A DNA stretch of 64,000 nt from an uncultured Thermococci archaeon (GTDB lineage Archaea; CAYQAE01; CAYVLA01). Positions within the stretch are counted from its first letter, which is position 1; every line of letters starts with the position of its first letter. This document shows, in pieces, positions 19,658 to 29,313 of this stretch. The DNA lies in assembly GCA_964549615.1 (NCBI GenBank), contig CAZJVP010000020.1:64001-128000 (forward strand), read 5' to 3'. The translations under genes were made by a program, and so were the position numbers. The notes under the pieces are model-generated. The model did not search any database. It was given only the letters and a program-made list of their open reading frames with translations, and was not told where the DNA came from.

Positions 19658-20788
19658 ATGGCTTTGGAGCTGTGGATGCATGGCATATCGGCACAGGACC
19701 CGCAGGCCTGCCTGGAAAGGCTTCACGATCTTGGGTTCTCGGCCGTGGTTCTAGGCACCGACCAACGCCAGTTGGCCGCAGCCAAGAAAGTCGGGCTGCG
19801 TGCATACGCGTGCACCGGAACCTTCTCCAGATCCAAGGAATTCCGGGACGAAAGCTACCTTGCGATAGACGTCGAGGGAAGCCCCCGCGAATGGTTTGGG
19901 TCAACGTGCCCAAACCGAGGTGCGGTGAGGGACTTTAACCTCTCCCAGATACGGGATCTGGTGACTAAGACCGATGCCGACGGAGTCCTCTTGGACGGCT
20001 GTCGCTTTGCCTCCCCGGCCTCGGGCCTAGAGGCATTCTTCACATGCTTCTGCCCGACCTGCGAGAAGAAGGCCCAAGAGATGGGCTACGATTTTGCGAG
20101 GATGAGGAAACAGATCAAGACGATCTACAGGATGCTTGCTGACGGCCGGCTCGGCAAACGACCCGTGGACATGAACCCCTTCCTCTTGCTTTCATCGATC
20201 TCGGTCTTTCCCGCACTTGGCGACTGGATCTCCTTCAGGACGGAGTGCATAATCGAGCACTTTTCAAGCGCCTCGGAGCTGGTCAGGGGGGCGGGCGCCA
20301 AGATGGGCGCTTACATCTTCACTCCCTGCCTGTCGCCGCTGGTCGGACAGCGCTACTCCAGCCTGGCTAACCTGTTGGATGTGGCCTCCCCCATGATCTA
20401 CAGGAACTACCCCGAGGGCGAGGGTCCTGCATGCCTGAACAAGGAAGCCGCGACCCTTGCCCGGTTTCTACGTCGGGGCGGGCTGAAGGACCGCAATGCG
20501 GTGGAGATCGTGAACCGGTTCCTCGGCTTGTGCGAGGAGGACAAGACCATATCTGGCGTGGATAGGGAGATCTCGTTGGAGTCCATCGAGCGGGAACTCA
20601 CAAGGACCGTGGTGTACCTAGGCGGCCGGCCGAAGGTTGTGCCGATACTCTACCTCGGGGATGAGCTCGTGGAGAACTGCGTCCAAGCCGCATCGTCCGC
20701 TGGGGTGGACGGAGTCAACTTCTTCGTCTACAAGGATGAGTGGAGCGGCGTCGTGGAGAGGATCTCCCAGTGCGCGCATCCGAAGTGA
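19658..20788 (+). CDS. Putative glycoside-hydrolase-like TIM barrel (GHL10/DUF187-like)
   Basis: TCPN..AVR, DGVLLDGCRF, CFCPTC, DVASPMIY, GVDGVNFF. Confidence 0.55.
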   Translation: MALELWMHGISAQDPQACLERLHDLGFSAVVLGTDQRQLAAAKKVGLRAYACTGTFSRSKEFRDESYLAIDVEGSPREWFGSTCPNRGAVRDFNLSQIRDLVTKTDADGVLLDGCRFASPASGLEAFFTCFCPTCEKKAQEMGYDFARMRKQIKTIYRMLADGRLGKRPVDMNPFLLLSSISVFPALGDWISFRTECIIEHFSSASELVRGAGAKMGAYIFTPCLSPLVGQRYSSLANLLDVASPMIYRNYPEGEGPACLNKEAATLARFLRRGGLKDRNAVEIVNRFLGLCEEDKTISGVDREISLESIERELTRTVVYLGGRPKVVPILYLGDELVENCVQAASSAGVDGVNFFVYKDEWSGVVERISQCAHPK

Positions 20789-22008
20789 GTGGGTTCACAG
20801 CCAGGACCCACGTAGAACGTTCAGCCGCCGGCCTGTTGGCGGTCTGCATGGGATTCCTCCTTTCCGTCCCCTTATGTGCGGCGAGGAGCGATCCTGCGAC
20901 GGGACGGGTGAGGTTGATCTACTTCGGAGACCCGATAGGTGCAAGCCCCTTCCCCTTCATGATGAACGAGCCGCTCCTCGCACCTGCAGCCGTGATGGCC
21001 TGCAAGATGTGGTACCCCTACGAGACCATACGCAAGAGCATGCGGATCTATGCGCCGCGCACCTTCGAGGCGTTGGACTCGTCGTACGACATGATCATCC
21101 TCAGCGACGCCAACGTGCTGAGCTTCGAAACAAGGCACCTGGACTGGTTCTCCCATTTCGTGGCCGATAAGGGCGGAGGGCTCGCGATGATCGGCGGGTT
21201 CGAGTCCTTCGGGGGCCAGGGCTACTTGTCCTGGGGTCCGACGCCGGTGGGCGATGTCCTGCCGGTCGAGTGCGTGGCCGGAGGCTACAACGCCGAGGGC
21301 CAGATAATCATCGTCCAGCCGGATTGCCCCGTGGTCTCCAACCTCCCATGGAACACCTTGGGCCCGAGCAACTACCTTGGGGGAAATCGGGTCACGCTCA
21401 AGACGGGATCTGAGCTTGTCGCCAGGTTCTCGGACTCAAACCCCCTCTTTGTATGGTGGAAGTGTGGAAAGGGAAGGTCGTACGCGATGGCCGGTGACTG
21501 GACCCCGGCCGGGGGAACGCAGTTCATGAAGTGGGATTACTATGGGGACTATGCGGTGAACGTCGTCCTATTCACGGCAAGCGAGGAGGTCCCCGCCGAT
21601 GTAGAGATCATGCATTCGGTCAGAGGGATCCTTCGCGCCTATGGAGAGACGAAGGGCTACCTGTACTCCCTTATGGATTTTGCCGAGAAATTCGGCGCCA
21701 GCATGAACGGGATCGAGCGAAGCATCGGCGAGGCCGAACTGGAGGCCTCGCGTGCCAGGTCCCTCTATATGTCCTACGATTTCCATGGCGCCGCTTCAGC
21801 CGCCGCGGAAGCCGTGGCGATGCTGGAGGCTGCGTTGGATGACGCCGTCCGCGCAAAGGACAGCGCAATGCTTTGGGTATTCCTCGTAGAGTGGTTGGCG
21901 GTGATCTCGACTTGCATGGTCTCCGGCCTGGTGCTCTACGAGTTGATGATCGCGCGGCGGCTGCTCAAGCCAGCCCCATCGAGCATCTTCACCAAAGGCA
22001 TGTCCTAG
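20785..22008 (+). CDS. Family A copy 2: membrane-anchored GATase1-like surface protein
   Basis: ARSDPATGRVRLIYFGD, RIYAPRT, YDMIILSDA, GLAMIGGFESFG, GKGRSYAMAGDWTPAGG, DFAEKFGAS, MLWVFLVEWL. GTG start overlaps the previous stop. Confidence 0.85.
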   Translation: MSGFTARTHVERSAAGLLAVCMGFLLSVPLCAARSDPATGRVRLIYFGDPIGASPFPFMMNEPLLAPAAVMACKMWYPYETIRKSMRIYAPRTFEALDSSYDMIILSDANVLSFETRHLDWFSHFVADKGGGLAMIGGFESFGGQGYLSWGPTPVGDVLPVECVAGGYNAEGQIIIVQPDCPVVSNLPWNTLGPSNYLGGNRVTLKTGSELVARFSDSNPLFVWWKCGKGRSYAMAGDWTPAGGTQFMKWDYYGDYAVNVVLFTASEEVPADVEIMHSVRGILRAYGETKGYLYSLMDFAEKFGASMNGIERSIGEAELEASRARSLYMSYDFHGAASAAAEAVAMLEAALDDAVRAKDSAMLWVFLVEWLAVISTCMVSGLVLYELMIARRLLKPAPSSIFTKGMS

Positions 22009-22237
22009 AGACATGAACGCGATCAAGCTGCCGGCGGGGATTTGCCGTGCTTCCTATGTCCGACCTGCTCTCATCCCCCGCGAGCAGGCCAGCCATCCGG
22101 CGGGCAATCGTCCTTCTGGCAGTGCTGGATATATGGGCGGCGGCGCCAAGCGAAACCCATGTCGACCGTTGGTCGCCGTCGAGACCCCAGCCTCGCCCGC
22201 TGATAACACTAAATAGCCATCGGCCGATGCGCGGCCC

Positions 22238-23434
22238 GTGAGAGAAACCGCGGTTGCCGCTGTGTGCCTGTACCTCGCGGCAGCCTCGCTTGGCCCGACG
22301 GGTCTCGCGGCGACCAACGAGACGATCGCGAGGCAGCTCATGACCCAGCTGGGGAGGTTCGGGCCGTCCTATCCCGACTCACCAGACAGACACGACGCCC
22401 TTCTCCAGATCGACAGCCTCTTCCTGAACGATAGCCTTGGACCGCTCCGGGCGTTGGTCAAGGAAATGATCTCGACCGCGTTGTCCGACATCGTGGGCTA
22501 CCAAGGATCGGCCCCAAGGGTGTGGTACTTCTGGAACATGGGCTACATCGTAAAGGCGAAGGGCCAGGTGCTGGGGTTTGACCTTGCCGAGCTGCAGCTC
22601 GCACCGCTCAACGCTGAACAGAAGAAGCTGCTCGGCCAGAACCTGGACGTACTGTTCGTCTCCCATGTGGACAATCCGCATATAGACAGGGACCTTGTGT
22701 CGTACATGAGGGCCGAGTCGTTCGTCGTCTGTCCGGCTGAGGACGTCTCCTTCTTCGATACCGTGTTGGACAGGAAATGCGCGATCGTTGGCATGAAAGC
22801 GGGGGAGAAGCGTCAGGTCGGCTCCACGTCCGTGGAGGCTTACCCCGGTGACCACGGCGCCGGGGGACCCAACATGCGCTGTTACTTAGTATCAATTGGT
22901 GGAACCAAGCTCATGCAGACCGGCGACCAGCGCACCGTTGCGGAGTGGATGAAGGAGGTAGGCAGGAAGTCGCTCGACGTTCTCATGATCAACCCCCTTT
23001 GGGAATACAACTGGACGGTGGAGGCGGTCAGGACCATGAAACCGTCCTGCGCGCTGCCCGGAACGATGTACGATATGTCGCACGAGAAGGAGACCTGGCA
23101 CGGATATCCCTATGCCTTCCGGCTCAGGGAGGACGTGGGGCCGAACGTGTTCCCGATCTTCTTTGGGGAGAGGATATCGATCCCGACGTCGTCCTCGGAT
23201 TCCCTTTCCTTCGTGCTAATCGGCCTCGTTGCGGCAGCCGGCGTCGCGGTAGCGTATGGAGCGGTGGCCCGGAGGAGGAGAACGCCCGGCGCGAAGCTTC
23301 CCAAGCCAGCTGCGGATTTGATGTGCCAAAAGAGGTACGTTCCGGAGCTTTGCGTGACGTGCAGGCACTACGTCGTGAAGGGCGGCAAGATCCACTGCTC
23401 GAAGCACAACATCGCCCTCGACTCCGAGACCTAG
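22238..23434 (+). CDS. Secreted MBL-fold (UlaG-like) protein with TM anchor and cytoplasmic Cys4 tail
   Basis: Signal peptide, NMGYIVK..GFD, LDVLFVSHVDNPH, QTGD, TM, then CQKRYVPELCVTCRHYVVKGGKIHCSKH. Confidence 0.8.
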   Translation: MRETAVAAVCLYLAAASLGPTGLAATNETIARQLMTQLGRFGPSYPDSPDRHDALLQIDSLFLNDSLGPLRALVKEMISTALSDIVGYQGSAPRVWYFWNMGYIVKAKGQVLGFDLAELQLAPLNAEQKKLLGQNLDVLFVSHVDNPHIDRDLVSYMRAESFVVCPAEDVSFFDTVLDRKCAIVGMKAGEKRQVGSTSVEAYPGDHGAGGPNMRCYLVSIGGTKLMQTGDQRTVAEWMKEVGRKSLDVLMINPLWEYNWTVEAVRTMKPSCALPGTMYDMSHEKETWHGYPYAFRLREDVGPNVFPIFFGERISIPTSSSDSLSFVLIGLVAAAGVAVAYGAVARRRRTPGAKLPKPAADLMCQKRYVPELCVTCRHYVVKGGKIHCSKHNIALDSET

Positions 23435-23435
23435 G

Positions 23436-24767
23436 TCAGTCCTCAAAGGGGATGGGAAGCTTGTGCTTGGAGCAGTAATGACTTCCGGCCCTTATCGTGT
23501 TGTATCTGCAGAACGGACACAGTTCTTTGGCGGGCTTTCCCTGGCAGACCTCGTATGGCCTCTTCTTAGCCCTTCCCGCTTGGGCCGTTCCTTCCTTGCG
23601 TTTCCGGCTCCTCACGACCCAAGGCGAGACGACCCCCAGGACCAAAACGATTGCAACCGCAACATAGAGGAGTGGAATCCCGCTGCCTTCAGGCTTGGCT
23701 ATCTCGCCCCTGAATCGCGTGACCCCGGCGGATGTGGCAAACCAAACGTAGGCACCGTCGACTGCAATGTCACGGACTTCGCTGGACGCAAGGCCCTCTG
23801 ACCTCCTGTAGACGCCGATGCCGCCCCGTCGTCCGATGGCCGTGACTCCGAAAGTCAAGCTCCCGGCCCATATCCTCGAGTTCGTGGCGACGGACCCCAC
23901 CGAGTTGTCCGCGAGTCCTGTGGACTTGTCGTAGGTGACGATCGAGCCGTCTTCAGGATCGTACCGGCACAACCCTCCCGCCCCGGTGCCTATCCAAAGG
24001 AACTCGTCATCTGCGGCCAGCGCCAGGATCCGACTGTCCGAAAGGCCGTCGCCGATGCTGACCTGCTTCTTGAAGCTCAGGGAGGCGCGGTCGAAGCCGA
24101 GGACTCCGTTCGCGTTCGTCCCGAACCATATCATCCCTTTCAGAACCGCCACCGCGCTCGTTGTCTTCTCTGGCAGCCCCGCCCCGCCGATGGTCTGGAA
24201 CGAGGGGATCTCTGCGTCGAGAGAGGCCCGTGCTCCGCCGCCCGAGGTTGCTATGTACAGGTACTCCCCGTCGCTCGCTAGGTCGGCCACGCGGTTGTCG
24301 GGCAGACCGTTCTCCGTCGTGTAGGACTCCCAGGCACCTGATCTGTACCTAAACAGCCCGTCACCGAAAGTTCCCAGCCAGACGCCTCCCTTGGCGATAT
24401 GTATGCATACGACCCTGGTCGCGAGGCCGGGCGGACTCATGGCAGTCCAGGTCCCGCTGGACGCAGCGAACCTTGCGACCGCGCCGGCCATCCCAGCCCA
24501 GACTTCGCCCTTCGAGGCCGCTATGCTGAACACGTTCTCGTCCGGCAAACCTTCATCGCGGCCAAAGCTTGTCCACGTTGCTTCCTCTGTCTGCGCATCG
24601 CAAGACGGGGGAGAGAGCGTGAGGACTGCGATTATGCAGGCCAGCCCCGCCGCTACCGTTCCTCGGCTTTGAACGTAAGCCGGTAGACCACAGCGATCGC
24701 CACCAAGCCGAGCGCGGTGAACAGCGCCAGACGAATGATCCTTCTCTGTGAGCTCTTCTTCCTCCAC
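23436..24767 (-). CDS. Two-component-regulator-type (Reg_prop) beta-propeller protein with TM anchor and cytoplasmic Cys4 tail
   Basis: Repeats GLPDENVFSI / GLPDNRVADL / GLSDSRILAL / GLADNSVGSV / GLASSEVRDI with WxGT, then TM and CQGKPAKELCPFCRYNTIRAGSHYCSKH. Start uncertain (GTG 24767 has an upstream GGAGG). Confidence 0.8.
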   Translation of the reverse strand: MEEEELTEKDHSSGAVHRARLGGDRCGLPAYVQSRGTVAAGLACIIAVLTLSPPSCDAQTEEATWTSFGRDEGLPDENVFSIAASKGEVWAGMAGAVARFAASSGTWTAMSPPGLATRVVCIHIAKGGVWLGTFGDGLFRYRSGAWESYTTENGLPDNRVADLASDGEYLYIATSGGGARASLDAEIPSFQTIGGAGLPEKTTSAVAVLKGMIWFGTNANGVLGFDRASLSFKKQVSIGDGLSDSRILALAADDEFLWIGTGAGGLCRYDPEDGSIVTYDKSTGLADNSVGSVATNSRIWAGSLTFGVTAIGRRGGIGVYRRSEGLASSEVRDIAVDGAYVWFATSAGVTRFRGEIAKPEGSGIPLLYVAVAIVLVLGVVSPWVVRSRKRKEGTAQAGRAKKRPYEVCQGKPAKELCPFCRYNTIRAGSHYCSKHKLPIPFED

Positions 24768-25675
24768 TCCGATGCCTCCTTGGCGAGTTCGGCCTTCTTC
24801 CGCTGGAACGCATCGAGGCTTGATTTCAATGCTTCCATGCGTTGCTGCGAGGTAGTTCTGCCCCTTTCCGCTGTCCATCTCAGGCAGCTTTTCAGCAGTG
24901 CCTGGAATTCCGGGTTGTAGACGACCCCGGAGTAGTCGTCGGGGCCTCCCCGCTCCGTCAGGCCGAATGCGGGGAGCACTACAGACCGGCCCGCGTCCTC
25001 ATAGGCTATCACCGCCGGCACCATCCCGTCCTCATAGGAACTCTTGGCCTCCTGGGTCTTGTAGACCACGGCCATCGTGCCCACGGATGGCTTGGGAGGA
25101 TCCCTGGCTTTGGTCTCGCCCGCCAAGCTTGACCAGTAGAGCCTGACATCGCTGAAGAAGATCTGGTCCGGCAGCCCGGCGGCGATGGGATGGGTTGGGT
25201 CGCTTTTCACGTAAGTGTGTCCCATGGCTATCTTGCCTCCCACCACGGTCAGACGACCTTCGCTTGTCGCATTAGCAAAGACGGGCAGGATGGTGCGCGA
25301 GAGATTGGTCGCAAATGCAACTTCGTTGATCCCGATCAAACCTACGCCTCTATCGAACAGCTCGATCATCGCCGCCTGCAGTTCAGCAGGGATCAATGCC
25401 GAATAGATCGATATGATTCCGACATAGGTCTGGGGGAAGGCTAGGTACTCGACGAATTCGCCCAGCGAGCCCACAACGACTGGCTTGAGGCCCAGCGAGG
25501 TATCGTTTGCGATGATTTGGGCGAGAGCCGATGCATAGGCCCCGAAGATGTTGCTTTCACCGGGCAGCTGCTGGTAGCCATTCGCGCAGAGGATCGGCAC
25601 GATTCCTTCCTGGCCCGTCGCGATCGGAAGGCAAAACGCCAAGATGATGAATGCGACGAACCGCGTTCCCGGCAT
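24653..25675 (-). CDS. Family C copy 1: secreted ThuA/GATase-like fold protein with helical stalk and C-terminal TM
   Basis: Signal peptide, FDRGVGLIG, HPIAAGLPD, VIAYEDAGRSV, PEFQALL..RW, TM. Paralog of 50633-51625. Confidence 0.7.
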   Translation of the reverse strand: MPGTRFVAFIILAFCLPIATGQEGIVPILCANGYQQLPGESNIFGAYASALAQIIANDTSLGLKPVVVGSLGEFVEYLAFPQTYVGIISIYSALIPAELQAAMIELFDRGVGLIGINEVAFATNLSRTILPVFANATSEGRLTVVGGKIAMGHTYVKSDPTHPIAAGLPDQIFFSDVRLYWSSLAGETKARDPPKPSVGTMAVVYKTQEAKSSYEDGMVPAVIAYEDAGRSVVLPAFGLTERGGPDDYSGVVYNPEFQALLKSCLRWTAERGRTTSQQRMEALKSSLDAFQRKKAELAKEASEWRKKSSQRRIIRLALFTALGLVAIAVVYRLTFKAEER

Positions 25676-25677
25676 GG

Positions 25678-26559
25678 CTACACCTCCACGTAACCTCCGT
25701 TCTCGATGATGTGTAGCAGGATCTTGTCCGCAGCCAACTCCCCATCGATCTCGAACTTGACCATGTGAACCAGGTACTTGCCGTAGAGCTGCTTGGCGAA
25801 CAGCTTGGGATAGGCACTGTATGCTGAGCGGATGCGGTAGACTATGGAGACCCGGTCATTCCTGGCAAGATCGGAGAACACGATCCTGCCCTGTCCAGGG
25901 GCCTTGCTAGCCGGCAGCGCGCCGGCCGCAAGCGCGGCCTTGTCCTCCGCGGACACGTACGTCGTCTTGTTGGCGTTCACCGTGATCTCGAGCCCCTTCA
26001 GGGAGATCTCACGCATGAAGAAGTAATCCGAGACCCCCTCGTAGAGGCCTTCGATCATCTTGGACTTGTTCAAGACGACCGCGTAGACGGTCGGGTAGTA
26101 GGATGACCCGCTCGGCGGAAGAACGGGGTTGAGAGCCGGACCGAAATCGTAGACCACCATGGTTCGCCTCCCGCCCCCGATGTCCACATCGGACACCGTC
26201 ACCTCCGGCTTGTAGCCCAGATCCTGCACCAGGCCAAGCTTTCCACTGATCTGTTCGATCACCTCGCCGGCCCTTCGCGGATCGTCCACCTTTGGCGAAG
26301 CCTCGGTGAAGTTGGGCCGAACCGGCATGAGGAAGGAGAACGACACAGCAACCTGTTTGAGCGGCTCCCTGCAGATGAAGGCGACCGAGTACTTGTCCTG
26401 ATCAAGCTCCGATACGCCCGCGAGAGCTTTCAGCGGAAATGATTGATCTATCACGTTGATGGGCGTCTCTATCTTCTCTTTGATCAGGTAGAGGGAGATC
26501 AGGCTCCCCACTATCAAGGATATGACAAGGACGCCGATGAGCCGCCTCTCGACCTTCAT
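25678..26559 (-). CDS. Family B copy 1: N-terminally anchored hypothetical protein
   Basis: Single N-terminal TM. Aligns by eye with 51622-52470 (SFPL/EYPL, YEG..YFF..EISL/FEG..FF..ERSL, APGQGRIVF/APADGVLVF). Confidence 0.7.
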   Translation of the reverse strand: MKVERRLIGVLVISLIVGSLISLYLIKEKIETPINVIDQSFPLKALAGVSELDQDKYSVAFICREPLKQVAVSFSFLMPVRPNFTEASPKVDDPRRAGEVIEQISGKLGLVQDLGYKPEVTVSDVDIGGGRRTMVVYDFGPALNPVLPPSGSSYYPTVYAVVLNKSKMIEGLYEGVSDYFFMREISLKGLEITVNANKTTYVSAEDKAALAAGALPASKAPGQGRIVFSDLARNDRVSIVYRIRSAYSAYPKLFAKQLYGKYLVHMVKFEIDGELAADKILLHIIENGGYVEV

Positions 26560-26619
26560 GATCGACCGCCTCGGTTTGCAGAGAGGGAGTATAGAAAAAA
26601 GGGAAAAAAGGCAGAAGGC

Positions 26620-29313
26620 TCAACTTCTGCCCCTAAGTCTCCTGGCAGCTGCTAGCGATACGAGGAACAGTGCTGGAATCACTGCTTCAGGGACGCCAAA
26701 GTAATTGGTGTTGCGAAGGTCCCTGTACATGTACGGCCAGGGCGTCGACGAGGACAGCACCAAGCCGGATATCGGCGTCTCCACCCCGAAGATGCCCTTG
26801 GTGGCTATCACGCTCACATTGCCCCTCTCGTCGCCGTACAGAAGCTCGGTTATCCCGTCGCCGTTCATGTCCACGGCCACCGCGTGGTTCCACCGGAACC
26901 TGCCTGAGTTCACGGCCTGGTAGGTCCAGACGACCCTCCCGTCGCTGCCGCGCAGGGCATAGATCCTGCCGTCCGAGCCTCCGACTATGACCTCGGGCTT
27001 CCCATCGCCCGTTATGTCCGCGACTATCGGATACTCGGGCTGGAAGGCCCCTAGGACCTGGCTCGATAGGTTCTGCCTCCAAACCACGGCTCCCTTGTAG
27101 TCCAAGCAGTATACGAGGCCGGTTCTCCTGAGAGTGAACACGGTCTCCAGCTTGCTGTCGCCGACCAGATCCGCAACCTGCGCCTTGCTTACCCTCACCC
27201 GCATCCCTGAGTCGAAGACCCACTTGCGCGTGCCCGTGTCGTCGACGCAATACACACGCCCCTCGTAGGCACCGCCAACGACGATCTCAAGATACCCGTT
27301 GCCGTCGATGTCCGCTATCGAGGGCGCCGCGTTCAGGCGATCGCCGGGCTCCACAGGGCTCACCCATAGAGGTGTGCCGTCGGCCTTCCACGCGTAGATC
27401 CCGTAGAGCACCTCGTCCTCCGACGTCATAACTATGTCCAGACTGCCGTCGCCGGTGATGTCCGCCACCGCAACCGTATTCTCGCCTATCGATCCAACCG
27501 GAGCTTCCCACAAGGTCTTGCCGGTGTAGTCGAAGACGAAGAATTTCTTGAGCTCCTTCGAGCCGACCAGTATCTCCAGCTTGCCATCCTTGTTCAGATC
27601 CACCAGCGTGGGCGAGCAGTACAGTATGTTCGGGTCGCTGGGGGGCACCCCCGCCCACAAGAGCTTGTACCAGAGAGTCCTGCCCTGGTTGTCAAGCACC
27701 CGCATCGTTCCGTTCCTGGTATTGAAGACGATCTCCGGTTTGCCGTCGCCGTTGATGTCGCCAATCGCTGGCAACCTATAGATTTGATAACCGGCAGTGT
27801 AGCGCCACAGTTCTTTCTTAGCCTGGTAATCCAACGCGAACAGAATGCCCGTTCCGCTGGTGCCCACGATGATCTCGGGTTTGCCATCGCCGGTTATGTC
27901 CGCTGCGAAGGGCGGCGCCTCTATGCTGCCGCCGACATTGTAGGTCCATATGGGGTACTCCCTCGGGAAGTAGTTGTTGTTGTTCGGGGTTCTGCACATC
28001 AGTGGCCAGGGGGATGACCAATCTCCCACGAACATGCCTGGTGTCTTCAGCACGCTCACGTTGCCCCTCTCGTCCCCGTATATGATCTCTGCCCGCTGGT
28101 CGCCGTCCAGATCGGCGACGCACGGCTGGTTGTACTGGAACCTCCCTGCGTTGATGGCTTGGTAGGTCCACACAACCTTGCCGTCCGCACCGTTCAGAAC
28201 GTAGATCTTGCCATCCGAGCCGCCCAGAACAACGTTGGGCTTGCCGTCGCCCGTCACGTCCGCAAGAACCGGTAGCTCCGGATGGAATCCGTTCAGAACC
28301 GGAGCTGTCAGGTTGGTTATCCATAGCTGCTTGCCGGTGTGGTCAAGTGCATAAACGAGACCCGTTCTCTTGACGACGAACACGAGATCCAGCTTGCCAT
28401 CGCCGTTGAGATCGCCCAAGGGCGTCTTCCCCACCCTGTCCCGTTTCCCTGCAGAGTCTGCCGTGTCGAACACCCATTTCCTTGCGCCCGTGCGGTCGAG
28501 GCAGTATACGCGGCCTTGGTAAGCACCGCCAACAACGATCTCCACGTAGCCGTCGCCATCCAGGTCCGCAATGGACGGGCAGAAGTTGAGAATATCTCCC
28601 GTCTCAACCTGATGGACCCAGATCGGTTTGCCGTCTGCCTCCCAGGCGTACACCGCATACAGGGTTGCGTCCTCCGACGTCAGCACAATCTCCAAGTCGC
28701 CGTCGTTGTCGATGTCTGCCACTGCAGCAGTGTTGTCGCCAATCTTCCCTATCGGAGCGTTCCACAGCTCTTTACCGGTGTAGTCGAACACGAAGAACTT
28801 CATGAGTTCCTTGGAACCGACCATGATCTCCAGCTTGCCATCCTTGTTGATGTCGGCGAGAGCCGGCGAGCAGTACAACCGATCGCCCGGATCAGTGCTG
28901 GGGTCCCCAGCCCATAAGTTCTTTTGCCAGACAAGCTTACCTTGGTTGTTGAGGACCCGCATCGTGCCGTTCCTCGCATTGAAAACGATCTCCGGCTTCC
29001 CGTCGCCGTCGATGTCGCCCACCGCGGATATTCTGACGATCTGGAATCCAGCGTCGAATTCCCACAGTTTTGCGCCGTTCACGCCGTTGAGCACCGTCAG
29101 CTTGCCCGTTTCCCTGCCTCCGACGATCAGCTCGGGCTTGCCGTCTCCTGTTATGTCAGCCGCCATTATGGGCGATTCAATCCTGCCGCCCACGTTCGTG
29201 GTCCAAACTAGTGTTCCTTCAGCTAGCACTGGTACGATCCCTGCCAATCCGATCAAGCACGCAGCAAGTGCGACGCTGATCGGAAAGACTCGAAAACTCC
29301 TGCAGACCTTCAT
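26620..29313 (-). CDS. FG-GAP/PQQ-like tandem beta-propeller surface protein with VPE-type C-terminal sorting signal
   Basis: Many DxxGDGxxE Ca-binding repeats, two internally duplicated halves, signal peptide after ATG 29313 (GGAGG upstream), ends GVPEAVIPALFLVSLAAARRLRGRS. Confidence 0.88.
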   Translation of the reverse strand: MKVCRSFRVFPISVALAACLIGLAGIVPVLAEGTLVWTTNVGGRIESPIMAADITGDGKPELIVGGRETGKLTVLNGVNGAKLWEFDAGFQIVRISAVGDIDGDGKPEIVFNARNGTMRVLNNQGKLVWQKNLWAGDPSTDPGDRLYCSPALADINKDGKLEIMVGSKELMKFFVFDYTGKELWNAPIGKIGDNTAAVADIDNDGDLEIVLTSEDATLYAVYAWEADGKPIWVHQVETGDILNFCPSIADLDGDGYVEIVVGGAYQGRVYCLDRTGARKWVFDTADSAGKRDRVGKTPLGDLNGDGKLDLVFVVKRTGLVYALDHTGKQLWITNLTAPVLNGFHPELPVLADVTGDGKPNVVLGGSDGKIYVLNGADGKVVWTYQAINAGRFQYNQPCVADLDGDQRAEIIYGDERGNVSVLKTPGMFVGDWSSPWPLMCRTPNNNNYFPREYPIWTYNVGGSIEAPPFAADITGDGKPEIIVGTSGTGILFALDYQAKKELWRYTAGYQIYRLPAIGDINGDGKPEIVFNTRNGTMRVLDNQGRTLWYKLLWAGVPPSDPNILYCSPTLVDLNKDGKLEILVGSKELKKFFVFDYTGKTLWEAPVGSIGENTVAVADITGDGSLDIVMTSEDEVLYGIYAWKADGTPLWVSPVEPGDRLNAAPSIADIDGNGYLEIVVGGAYEGRVYCVDDTGTRKWVFDSGMRVRVSKAQVADLVGDSKLETVFTLRRTGLVYCLDYKGAVVWRQNLSSQVLGAFQPEYPIVADITGDGKPEVIVGGSDGRIYALRGSDGRVVWTYQAVNSGRFRWNHAVAVDMNGDGITELLYGDERGNVSVIATKGIFGVETPISGLVLSSSTPWPYMYRDLRNTNYFGVPEAVIPALFLVSLAAARRLRGRS

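Noticed and set aside
26620-29313. Possible CRISPR array or DNA repeat array
   Set aside because: The repeats are coding FG-GAP blades. No fixed-length repeat-spacer pattern or cas genes are seen anywhere in the window.
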